Shown in pieces: positions 6,964 through 14,307 of a stretch of DNA of 24,000 bases. The notes below the pieces were generated by a model that saw only the letters and a program-made list of their open reading frames with translations, searched no databases and had not been told where the DNA came from. The DNA lies in NCBI GenBank assembly GCA_964450395.1, contig CAYVGE010000028.1:1816-25815 (forward strand). Reading direction: 5' to 3'. Position numbers and translations under genes: made by a program. The stretch's first letter is position 1. Every line of letters begins with the position of its first letter. The stretch comes from an uncultured Actinomycetota bacterium. GTDB lineage: Bacteria > Actinomycetota > Nitriliruptoria > Euzebyales > JAHELV01.

Positions 6964-7461
6964 TCAGGCGGAGCGCTCGGCGACGAATGCGAGAAGCTTG
7001 AACTTCCCGATCTGGATCTCGTCACCGGTAGCGATCAGCTGGTCTTCGGCGCGCCGGCCGCCGACGTAGGTCCCGTTCAGGCTGCCGACGTCGTGGATCC
7101 AGAAGCGCCCCTCCTCGCGGCGGAACTCGGCGTGCCGTCGCGACACGGTGATGTCGTCCAGGAAGATGTTGCTCTCGGGGTGCCGGCCGACGGTGACGGT
7201 CTCGCGGTCGAGCAGGAATCGCGCACCCTGGTTCGGGCCCCGCACGACGACGAGCAGCGCGGTGGACGGCTCGAGCTCGGACAGCAGCGCCTGCGCATCC
7301 TCACCGACGTCGCTCGCGTCGACCCGCTCGGGCAGGTCCTCCGGCCGCATCATGCCGGTGGTGTGGTCGCCGGACTCGGCCAGCGGACGCCCGCAGTTGG
7401 CGCAGTAGTTCGCGCCGTCGGGGTTCTGGTGGCCGCAGTGTGTGCAGTACATGCGCTCCAT
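6964..7461 (-). CDS. garA: FHA-domain regulator, GarA/OdhI homologue with an N-terminal zinc ribbon
   Basis: The FHA core ALLVVVRGPNQGARFLLDRETVTVGRHPESNIFLDDITVSRRHAEF...DVGSLNGTYV...GDEIQIGKFKL is near-identical in pattern to GarA. The N-terminus MERMYCTHCGHQNPDGANYCANCG is a CxxC-N10-CxxC ribbon. ATG 7461 shares one base with the gcvH stop (TGATG). Confidence 0.9.
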   Translation of the reverse strand: MERMYCTHCGHQNPDGANYCANCGRPLAESGDHTTGMMRPEDLPERVDASDVGEDAQALLSELEPSTALLVVVRGPNQGARFLLDRETVTVGRHPESNIFLDDITVSRRHAEFRREEGRFWIHDVGSLNGTYVGGRRAEDQLIATGDEIQIGKFKLLAFVAERSA

Positions 7462-7841
7462 CACGACGATTCGGTGAGCTTGTCGTAGTCGGCCGCCGAC
7501 AGCAGGTCGTCGCCGCCGCCGTCGTCCTCCGCCTCGATGACCACCATCCAGCCGTCGCCGTAGGGGTCGGAGTTGACCAGCTCGGGGTTGGACTCGAGGG
7601 TCTCGTTGCGCTCGACGATGGTGCCGGTGACCGGCGCGTACAGGTCCGACACGCTCTTGGTCGACTCGACCTCGCCGAACGGCTGGCCCTGCTCGACGCG
7701 CGTCCCGGTCGCGGGCAGGTCGATGTAGACGACGTCGCCCAGCGCGTCCTGGGCGTACTCGGTGATGCCGACGGTCAGGCGGCGTCCCTCGACACGCGCC
7801 CACTCGTGCTCCTCGGTGTACCTGCGATCGTCGGGGTTCAC
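7461..7841 (-). CDS. gcvH: glycine cleavage system H protein
   Basis: Lipoyl-lysine context GEVESTKSVSDLYAPVTG is present. YTEEHEWARVEG and GITEYAQDALGDVVYIDLP are also present. The GTG start at 7841 follows AGGAG 6 nt upstream. The longer 162-aa tracked ORF has no RBS. Confidence 0.92.
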   Translation of the reverse strand: MNPDDRRYTEEHEWARVEGRRLTVGITEYAQDALGDVVYIDLPATGTRVEQGQPFGEVESTKSVSDLYAPVTGTIVERNETLESNPELVNSDPYGDGWMVVIEAEDDGGGDDLLSAADYDKLTESS

Positions 7842-7914
7842 TGCATCTCCTGCGTGTGCGGTGCGGCAGCCGGATGCTACCCGCTCCATGACCGTGTGGT
7901 AGAGGTCGACGTGC

Positions 7915-7945
7915 AGCCTAAGGCCGACCCGTCCACCGCTGTCAA
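7915..7945 (-). promoter_or_regulatory. candidate sigma-A-type promoter TTGACA-N19-TAGGCT upstream of gcvH
   Basis: On the minus strand, TTGACA lies at 7945-7940 and TAGGCT (TAnnnT) at 7920-7915, about 70 nt upstream of the gcvH start. The spacer is a little long. This is a pattern match only. Confidence 0.3.
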
Positions 7946-7973
7946 CCACTGGATCGCAAGTGCGCGGACCGTG

Positions 7974-8651
7974 TCACTCCGTGCGCGCCCTGCGGATGGC
8001 CAGAGCGACGCGACCATACCGCGCCGCAGCCACGTAGTAGGCGATGATCCCCGCGACCGTGGCGACCCACGCCACCACCAGCACCACCGGCGCACCGGCC
8101 CAGTCGACGCCCGCCAGCAGGAAGCCGGGCACCCCCATCATCAGCAGCGCGGTGGCGGCCTTGCCGACGCGGCTGACGGGGATGGGGGGCACCCCGCCGA
8201 ACAGCGCGAGGCTGGCGCCCAGCACCACCACGTCGCGCAGCACGATCGCGGCCAGCAGCGGCCACGGCAGCAGCCCCGCGACCAGCAGGGTGATCGCCGC
8301 GGTGCCCAGCAGCAGGCGGTCCACCAGCGGGTCCACCAGCTTGCCGATCCGGCTGACCTGGTCGAAGCGCCGCGCCACGTAACCGTCGACCCAGTCGGTG
8401 GCGGCGATCACGGCCAGCAGCCAGAAGGCGACCAGGTGGCGCCCGGGGCCGAGGACGAGCCACACGAACACCGGCAGGCCCAGCAGTCGGACGGCCGTGA
8501 TGACGTTGGGCAGCGTCAGCAGCCGCTCGTGCACCCGCTCCGAGCCCGCGCGCGCCCCGGCGTCGAACAACGGCACTGGTCGGTACCCTTCGATCGTGAT
8601 CGTCCACCGTACCCGCGTGGGCCCTGCGACCGCTGGCATCGCGATACCCAC
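7974..8651 (-). CDS. CDP-alcohol phosphatidyltransferase (PgsA2 / CAP-type cardiolipin-synthase-like)
   Basis: The full motif D-G-x2-A-R-x8-G-x3-D-x3-D is present as DWVDGYVARRFDQVSRIGKLVDPLVD. The protein is polytopic and hydrophobic. The start could be 8651 or 8639. Confidence 0.88.
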   Translation of the reverse strand: MGIAMPAVAGPTRVRWTITIEGYRPVPLFDAGARAGSERVHERLLTLPNVITAVRLLGLPVFVWLVLGPGRHLVAFWLLAVIAATDWVDGYVARRFDQVSRIGKLVDPLVDRLLLGTAAITLLVAGLLPWPLLAAIVLRDVVVLGASLALFGGVPPIPVSRVGKAATALLMMGVPGFLLAGVDWAGAPVVLVVAWVATVAGIIAYYVAAARYGRVALAIRRARTE

Positions 8652-8693
8652 CGCGCTACGCTGCCAGGCGCGGTCGCAGGCAACGCGGCCCGA

Positions 8694-8772
8694 CGGGATG
8701 TGGCCCAGTTTGGTCTAGGGCGCCGGTCTGGGGGACCGGAGATCCCCGGTTCAAATCCGGGCATCCCGACCA
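8694..8772 (+). tRNA. tRNA-Pro (anticodon GGG), CCA encoded
   Basis: Folded by hand. Acceptor stem CGGGATG/CATCCCG. D-stem GCCC/GGGC. Anticodon stem CCGGT/ACCGG with loop CTGGGGG. T-arm CCCGG-TTCAAAT-CCGGG. Discriminator A at 8769, then CCA at 8770-8772. Confidence 0.93.
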
Positions 8773-8940
8773 CTGAACGGCCGCCGCCACGCGGTTCGGC
8801 GCTCGACGACCACGTCGACTCCGGTTGCTTGCTAGCCACGCCGGCCAGCTCGCCGAGCGCATCCGGCTACAGACCGACCGCTGACGCTCAACCGCGCGTC
8901 GGCGCGCGCGTGAGCGGCTTGTCGCCGGCGGCACGCGGAC

Positions 8941-9105
8941 CTACCGCTCGGGCAGGTCCCGCGTGAAGGCGCTGTTCTTCAGCGTCGATGCGAGCCGGTC
9001 GACGTCGATGTAGCCCTCGGCGACGTCGACGAGCAGACCGACGGCCTCGTTGTCGGACATGGCCAGGATCCAGCCGTTGAGGGGCGGTGAGGCCTCCAGT
9101 GTCAT
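8941..9105 (-). pseudogene. C-terminal remnant of a Doc/Fic-family (death-on-curing) toxin
   Basis: The 54-aa ORF MTLEASPPLNGWILAMSDNEAVGLLVDVAEGYIDVDRLASTLKN... aligns by eye to the P1 Doc C-terminus (...RRNGVQVFDSPVLADLTVGAATGEISVSSVADTLRR). The same frame continues upstream through in-frame TAG (9106-9108) and TGA (9184-9186). No HxFx(D/E)GNKR motif is recognisable. Confidence 0.4.
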
Positions 9106-9392
9106 CTACAGGTCGGCCATGGTCATGGTCGCCCACGGGTCCGGGGGCCCGAACGCCGCCGACGGCGAATCAACGCGTTGACGTCACATGGCGAGACGGA
9201 GCTGGAACGTCGCCACGCGGTCCTCCTCACGGTCGTGCAGCCTGAGAAGCCGCGACATGATGCTCAGCAGCCCACTGCGCCGCTGCGCCGCTCCGCCGCG
9301 CTGCCCTTCTCGTCCACGAACCGGATGAGCTCGCGATGCTGTCGTCGACCACGCGCCGGACCCGCGCCGCTCCGGGCCCACCCACCGCGCGA

Positions 9393-9426
9393 CGCTGCAG
9401 CGGCACCGCGGGACGCCGCTGCAGCG
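9393..9426. repeat. perfect 12-bp inverted repeat CGCTGCAGCGGC-N10-GCCGCTGCAGCG
   Basis: Arms at 9393-9404 and 9415-9426, verified base by base. It lies 60 nt upstream of the oleA start and upstream, on the minus strand, of the phd-like remnant. Confidence 0.75.
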
Positions 9427-9486
9427 GGCACATACCATCGGTGGCTATGGGTGCACACGCCCGTCCGCGACCATGAAGGATGATGG

Positions 9487-10515
9487 GTGGCTCGGTCCCA
9501 GCAGTTCTCGAACGTCGTCGTCGCCGGGGTCGCCCACGTCGACGCGCCGAACGTCGTCACCAGCGCCGACCTCGAGGCGCGCATCGCCGACACGATGGCG
9601 CGACTCGGGATGCCGGCCGGGACCCTGACCGGGCTCGCCGGCATCGAGGAGCGCCGCTACTGGGACGAGGGCACCAAGCCCAGCGACGCCGCCGCCATGG
9701 CCGGCGCCAAACTGCTCGCCGACACGGGCGTCGACCGCCGCGACATCGGGTCCCTGCTCAACACCAGCGTGGACCGTGACTGGCTGGAGCCGTCGACGGC
9801 CTGCATCGTGCACCACAAGCTGGGACTGCCGCCCGAGGCGCTGAACTTCGACGTCGGCAACGCCTGCCTCGGCTTCATCAACGGGATGGCGCTGACCGCG
9901 GCGATGATCGAGCGCGGCGACATCGACCATGGGATCGTCGTCGACGGCGAGTCGGCGCGGTACGTCGTCGAGTCGACGATCGCCCGTCTGGCCGACCCCT
10001 CGTGTGACCGCGACCTGTTCCGGGCGTCGTTCGCGACGCTGACCCTGGGGTCGGGCGCGGCCGCCATGCTGCTGTCGCGCCGCGACCTGGCCGACGACGG
10101 CCACCCGTTCCACGGCGTGGTGTCCCGGGCCGCCACCGAGCACCACGAGCTGTGCCAGGGCCAGCCCGACGACATGCGCACCGACGCCACGGGCCTGCTG
10201 ACCGCCGGGCTGACCCTGGCCAAGGACACGTGGCGCGACGCGGTCGCGACGTTCGACTGGACAGCGGATGCGATCGACAAGGCGTTCATCCACCAGGTGA
10301 GCCGGGCGCACACCCGGTCGGTGACCGCCGCGCTGAGGCTGCGGGAGGACCGCATCCCGCTGCTGTACCCCTCCTACGGCAACATCGGACCGGCCGGGCT
10401 GATCATCACCTGGTCGAAGGAGGCCGACGCCGGCCGCCTCGCCCCCGGCGACCGCCTGGCGCTGCTCGGGATCGGCAGCGGGCTGAACTGCGCGATGGCC
10501 GAGGTCCGCTGGTGA
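9487..10515 (+). CDS. oleA: OleA, thiolase-superfamily acyl-CoA:acyl-CoA non-decarboxylative Claisen condensing enzyme (FabH-like)
   Basis: 342 aa with a GTG start. It is co-linear with my recollection of Xanthomonas OleA. VAGVAHVDAP is present. WLEPSTACIV holds the Glu, DVGNACLGFINGM the catalytic Cys, IHQVSRAH the His and YGNIGPAG the Asn. The C-terminal GIGSGLNCAMAEVRW is also present. Confidence 0.9.
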   Translation: MARSQQFSNVVVAGVAHVDAPNVVTSADLEARIADTMARLGMPAGTLTGLAGIEERRYWDEGTKPSDAAAMAGAKLLADTGVDRRDIGSLLNTSVDRDWLEPSTACIVHHKLGLPPEALNFDVGNACLGFINGMALTAAMIERGDIDHGIVVDGESARYVVESTIARLADPSCDRDLFRASFATLTLGSGAAAMLLSRRDLADDGHPFHGVVSRAATEHHELCQGQPDDMRTDATGLLTAGLTLAKDTWRDAVATFDWTADAIDKAFIHQVSRAHTRSVTAALRLREDRIPLLYPSYGNIGPAGLIITWSKEADAGRLAPGDRLALLGIGSGLNCAMAEVRW

Positions 10516-10579
10516 CCGCGCAGCGGGCACCAGGGCCGGCCGGGGGGCGATCTGCTCGCGCCAGCGAGGAGATCGGGCT

Positions 10580-11485
10580 GTGACCACGCCCGACGCGCTG
10601 GACGGCCTCCCACCGTCCCGCGCGTTCGCGCGTCCCGCGGGCACGCTGCGCTACGTCGACGAGGGCACCGGACCGGCCGTCGTGTGCGTGCACGGCAACC
10701 CCACGTGGGCCTGGTACTACCGCCGGCTGCTGACCGCGCTCGTCGGCGACCACCGGGTCATCGTCCCCGACCACCTGGGCATGGGCCGCTCGGACACCCC
10801 GGACGACGACGCCTACGGCTGGGACCTGGCCGCACGGGTCGAGGACCTCGGCGCCCTGCTCGACCACCTGCAGGTCGGCGTCGCGGCGCCCGCCACGCTG
10901 GTGGTCCACGACTGGGGCGGGCCGATCGCGCTGACGTGGGCCGCCCACCACCCACAGCGCGTGGGGCGCGTGGTGCTCACCAACACGGCCGCGTTCCCGC
11001 GCCTGCGCGGGGCGGGGTTCCCGTGGCTGCTGCGCCCCGCCCGCGCCCCGGGGCTCGGTTCCGTGCTGGTGCGCGACGCCAACGCCTTCGTGCGGTCGAC
11101 GCTGGCCGTCGGGGTCCACCGTGGCCGCCTGGAGCCCGCCGCCCGCGCCGGCTACCTGGCGCCCTACCGGACCCGCGGGGCACGCACCGGCGTGCTGCGC
11201 TTCGTCCGCGACGTCCCCGAGGGCCCGGCGCACCCGTCGCATGCGCTGCTGGCGTGGACGGGCGAGCACCTCGGGTGGCTCGCGCAGCGTCCCACCATGA
11301 TCGTGTGGGGGCTGCGCGACCCCGTGCTCACGCCCGCCTACCTCGCCGAGTGGCGCCGCCGCCTGCCCGACGCCGAGGTGCACGCGATCGCCGACGCCGG
11401 CCACCTGGTGCTCGAGGACGCCGCCGAGTCGGTCCCGCTGATCGCCGCCTTCCTCGCCCGGACAGACCGTACGCTGCACCGGTGA
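10580..11485 (+). CDS. oleB: OleB, alpha/beta-hydrolase (haloalkane-dehalogenase-like) beta-lactone decarboxylase
   Basis: GTG 10580 follows GAGGAG 8 nt upstream. VHGNPTWAWYYR is present. LVVHDWGGPIAL holds the Asp nucleophile as in dehalogenase-type hydrolases. ADAGHLVLEDA holds the catalytic His. Its position between oleA and oleC fits the cluster. Confidence 0.85.
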   Translation: MTTPDALDGLPPSRAFARPAGTLRYVDEGTGPAVVCVHGNPTWAWYYRRLLTALVGDHRVIVPDHLGMGRSDTPDDDAYGWDLAARVEDLGALLDHLQVGVAAPATLVVHDWGGPIALTWAAHHPQRVGRVVLTNTAAFPRLRGAGFPWLLRPARAPGLGSVLVRDANAFVRSTLAVGVHRGRLEPAARAGYLAPYRTRGARTGVLRFVRDVPEGPAHPSHALLAWTGEHLGWLAQRPTMIVWGLRDPVLTPAYLAEWRRRLPDAEVHAIADAGHLVLEDAAESVPLIAAFLARTDRTLHR

Positions 11486-13164
11486 CCTCGACCGACCCCG
11501 CGCCGCTGCCGCCGCTGCTCGCCGGGCTGCGCGCTGCGGCGACCGACGCCCCCGGCCGCGCCGCGCTGGTCATGGCCGGTGGCGCCACCCTGGACTTCGC
11601 CACCCTGCACCACCGCGTGGGTGCGGGTGCGGCGGCGCTGCGCCGGCAGGGCATCGCCGACGGCGCCCGGGCCGTGCTGCTGGTCCCGCCCGGGCCGGGC
11701 TTCGTGGTGGCGACGTTCGCGCTGCTCGCCGCGGGTGCGGTGCCGGTCCTGATCGACCCCGGGATCGGCATCCGCCGTGCGCGCCGGGCGTTGGCCGACG
11801 CCACCCCGGTGGCGTTCGTCGGCTCGCGACGCGCCCACGCGGCCCGCCGGCTCCTGCGCCTCGCACCGACGGCGGGCCGGCTGGTCACGGTGGACGACGC
11901 GTGGCCGGGACCCGCCACCGCCCCCGACCGCGGGATCTGGACCCCGCGCGACGAGGACGACGAGGCGGCGCTGCTGTTCACCTCGGGATCGACCGGTCCT
12001 CCGAAGGCCGTCGTGTACCGCCACCGGCACTTCGCCGCCCAGCTGTCGGCGTTGCGCGACGCCTACGACCTGGCGCCCGGTGAGGTGACGGTGGCGACCT
12101 TCCCGCCGTTCGCGCTGTTCGGGCCGGCGCTGGGCCAGACCACCGTGCTGCCCGACATGGACGTCACGCGGCCGGCCGCGGCCGATCCGGTGCACCTCGT
12201 CGAGGTCGTCGCGCGACACCGGGCCGACCTGCTGTTCGCCTCGCCGGCGCTGCTCGGCGTCCTCGCCCGCCACGGCGCAGCGACCGGCGCGCAGCTCCCG
12301 ACGCTGCGCCTGGCCCTGTCGGCCGGTGCGCCCGTGCCCGCCGCGCTCGTCGCCGGCACCGCGGCGCTGCTTCCGCCCGGCGCCCGCCTGGCGACGCCCT
12401 ATGGCATGACCGAGGCGCTGCCGGTCGCGACCATCGACGGGCCGGCCCTGCGGGCGGCGGCGACGCTGCACGACCCGCCGCGCGGCGTGTGCGTCGGCAC
12501 CCCCGTCGCCGACACCGACGTCGCGGTCATCGCCGTGGCCGACGCCCAGCTGCCCGGCGTCCCGCCCGGGGCCCCGCTGCCCGACGGCGAGGTCGGCGAG
12601 CTGGTGGTCGCCGGCCCCCAGGTCACCGACGCCTACGCCGGGCGCCCGGCGCTGACGGCGCGCGCCAAGACCGTGCTGGCAGGCCGCCCCGCGCACCGCA
12701 CCGGCGATCTGGGCTGGCGCGACGACGACGGGCGACTGTGGTTCTGCGGCCGCGTCGTCCACCGGGTCCCAACGGTGCACGGGCCGCTGGACCCGTTGCC
12801 CGTCGAGCAGCTCGCGCTGGCCGACCCCCGGGTGCTGCGCGCCGCGCTGGTCGGGGTGCCCGCCGGCGCGCCGGTCCGCGATCCGGTGCTGGTGGTCCAG
12901 CCCGCGCCGGGCGCGCTGCCCCGCTGGCGCCCCGGTGGTCGCCGCCGACGCGCCGCCCTGCTCGCCGAGCTGCGCCGCCGCCTCGCGGCCCACCCGCACA
13001 GCGCCCGGGTCACCCACGTGCTGCTGCGCCGGCGCGTCCCCGTCGATGCCCGGCACAACGCCAAGATCGGCTACGAGCAGCTGGCCCGGTGGGCCACGGC
13101 CCGGCTGCGCGGGCGGACCACGTGGGTGGGCCGCCGCGCCTTCGGCGGCGGCGCCGCCCCATGA
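11482..13164 (+). CDS. oleC: OleC, AMP-dependent synthetase/ligase-family beta-lactone synthetase
   Basis: GTG 11482 overlaps the oleB stop (GTGA). The adenylation motifs are present: LLFTSGSTGPPKAVV, TPYGMTEA, HRTGDLGWRDDDGRLWFCGR and the C-terminal NAKIGYEQL lysine. The 826-aa tracked ORF's first 266 aa are an out-of-frame read of oleB. Confidence 0.88.
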   Translation: MTSTDPAPLPPLLAGLRAAATDAPGRAALVMAGGATLDFATLHHRVGAGAAALRRQGIADGARAVLLVPPGPGFVVATFALLAAGAVPVLIDPGIGIRRARRALADATPVAFVGSRRAHAARRLLRLAPTAGRLVTVDDAWPGPATAPDRGIWTPRDEDDEAALLFTSGSTGPPKAVVYRHRHFAAQLSALRDAYDLAPGEVTVATFPPFALFGPALGQTTVLPDMDVTRPAAADPVHLVEVVARHRADLLFASPALLGVLARHGAATGAQLPTLRLALSAGAPVPAALVAGTAALLPPGARLATPYGMTEALPVATIDGPALRAAATLHDPPRGVCVGTPVADTDVAVIAVADAQLPGVPPGAPLPDGEVGELVVAGPQVTDAYAGRPALTARAKTVLAGRPAHRTGDLGWRDDDGRLWFCGRVVHRVPTVHGPLDPLPVEQLALADPRVLRAALVGVPAGAPVRDPVLVVQPAPGALPRWRPGGRRRRAALLAELRRRLAAHPHSARVTHVLLRRRVPVDARHNAKIGYEQLARWATARLRGRTTWVGRRAFGGGAAP

Positions 13165-13246
13165 CGCCAACGCGCCATCCCCGCCGCTGCGGGGAGTCAC
13201 CCGGTCAGGGTGACGCCACGGCTCCCCGCGGTGGGCGGGTCCGGCA

Positions 13247-14272
13247 GTGACCGGCACGGTGCTGGTCACCGGCGGCGGTGGCGTCGTGGGCGGCGCAGTG
13301 GTCCGTGCGCTGCTGGCACGGGGCTGGACCGTGCGGTCGTTCTCGCGTGGTGACTACCCTGCGCTGCGCGGCCTGGGCGTCGCGACCCACCGTGGGGACA
13401 TCACCGACCTGCCGGCGCTGACGCGTGCTGCCGACGGCTGCGACGCGGTGGTGCACGCCGCTGCACGCGCCGACATGGGTGTGCACGCCCCGTCGTTCGT
13501 CGCGACGAACGTCGTCGGCACGGCCACGGTGCTGGCCGCCTGCCGGCGCACCGGGGTCGCGCGGCTGGTCTTCACGTCGAGCCCCTCGGTGGTGCACACC
13601 GGCGCGCCGACCACGGGCGGCGACGAGGCCCTCCCCTACGCCGCGCGCCACGAGAGCCCCTACCCGGCGACCAAGGCACGGGCCGAGCAGCTCGTGCTGC
13701 GCGCCAACGACGCGGCCCTGGCGACCGTCGCGCTGCGGCCACACCTGGTCTGGGGACCCGGCGACACCCAGCTGACCGCGCGCATCCTGCAGCGGGCGCG
13801 CGCCGGCCGGCTCCGCCTGGTCGACCATGGCCGTGCGGTCGTCGACGCCACCTACGTCGACGACGCCGCGCAGGCGCACGTCCTGGCGCTCGACGCCCTG
13901 GTCGCCCCGCCGGCGCACGACGCCCGGCCGATCGCGGGCCGCCCCCTGTTCGTCTCGTCGGGCCGTCCGCTGCCGATCGCGACGCTGCTGGCGGGGCTGC
14001 TGGGCGCCGCCGGGCTGCCGCCTGAGCGCCGCAGCGTGCCGTTCCGGGTCGCCTGGGCGGCCGGTGCGGCGTGTGAGGCGGTCTGGCGCGCGTCCCGCCG
14101 TCGCGACGAGCCGCCGATGACCCGGTTCCTGGCGCGCCAGCTCGCGACCAGCCACTGGTTCGACCTGACCGCGGCGCGCCGCGACCTGGGCTACGTGCCG
14201 CGGGTCACGCCGGAGGACGGCTTCGCGCGGCTCGCTGCGGCGCTCCGCGCCTCGTGGGTCCGGCCCACCTGA
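13247..14272 (+). CDS. oleD: OleD, NAD(P)H-dependent 2-alkyl-3-oxoacyl reductase (3-beta-HSD / extended SDR family)
   Basis: GTG start. Rossmann motif VLVTGGGGVVGGAV is present. FTSSPSVV is present. The YxxxK motif is present as PYPATKARAE. It is the last gene of the four-gene cluster. Confidence 0.85.
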   Translation: MTGTVLVTGGGGVVGGAVVRALLARGWTVRSFSRGDYPALRGLGVATHRGDITDLPALTRAADGCDAVVHAAARADMGVHAPSFVATNVVGTATVLAACRRTGVARLVFTSSPSVVHTGAPTTGGDEALPYAARHESPYPATKARAEQLVLRANDAALATVALRPHLVWGPGDTQLTARILQRARAGRLRLVDHGRAVVDATYVDDAAQAHVLALDALVAPPAHDARPIAGRPLFVSSGRPLPIATLLAGLLGAAGLPPERRSVPFRVAWAAGAACEAVWRASRRRDEPPMTRFLARQLATSHWFDLTAARRDLGYVPRVTPEDGFARLAAALRASWVRPT

Positions 14273-14283
14273 CACGCCGACGG

Positions 14284-14307
14284 GGCGGCCCGCCGCAGCG
14301 GACCGCC
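14284..14307. terminator. GC-rich bulged hairpin between convergent oleD and fruA
   Basis: GGCGG-c-CCGC-[cgca]-GCGG-a-CCGCC sits in the 58-bp gap between the two stop codons. There is no U-tract, as is common in high-GC actinobacteria. Function is inferred. Confidence 0.3.

Noticed and set aside
6945-7025. The tracked GTG 7025 start for the Rv1828-like MerR gene, which overlaps garA by 62 nt.
   Set aside because: The overlapping segment uses many rare A/T-ending codons (aga, tcc, gga, agt, tca) and is in garA's coding region. GTG 6944, 19 nt after the garA stop, gives an N-terminus of the expected length before the HTH.
7842-7973. A glycine riboswitch in the gcvH leader.
   Set aside because: The 132-nt spacer read on the minus strand contains a promoter-like TTGACA/TAGGCT pair. 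It contains none of the glycine-aptamer core sequences.
10684-13164. The 826-aa ORF looks like the OleBC fusion protein known from some actinobacteria.
   Set aside because: Its first 266 aa (RPPGHRPRPPGHGP...) are an out-of-frame read across oleB. The real oleB is in the frame starting at 10580 and ends with TGA at 11483-11485, overlapping the oleC GTG at 11482. The two are separate genes, not a fusion.
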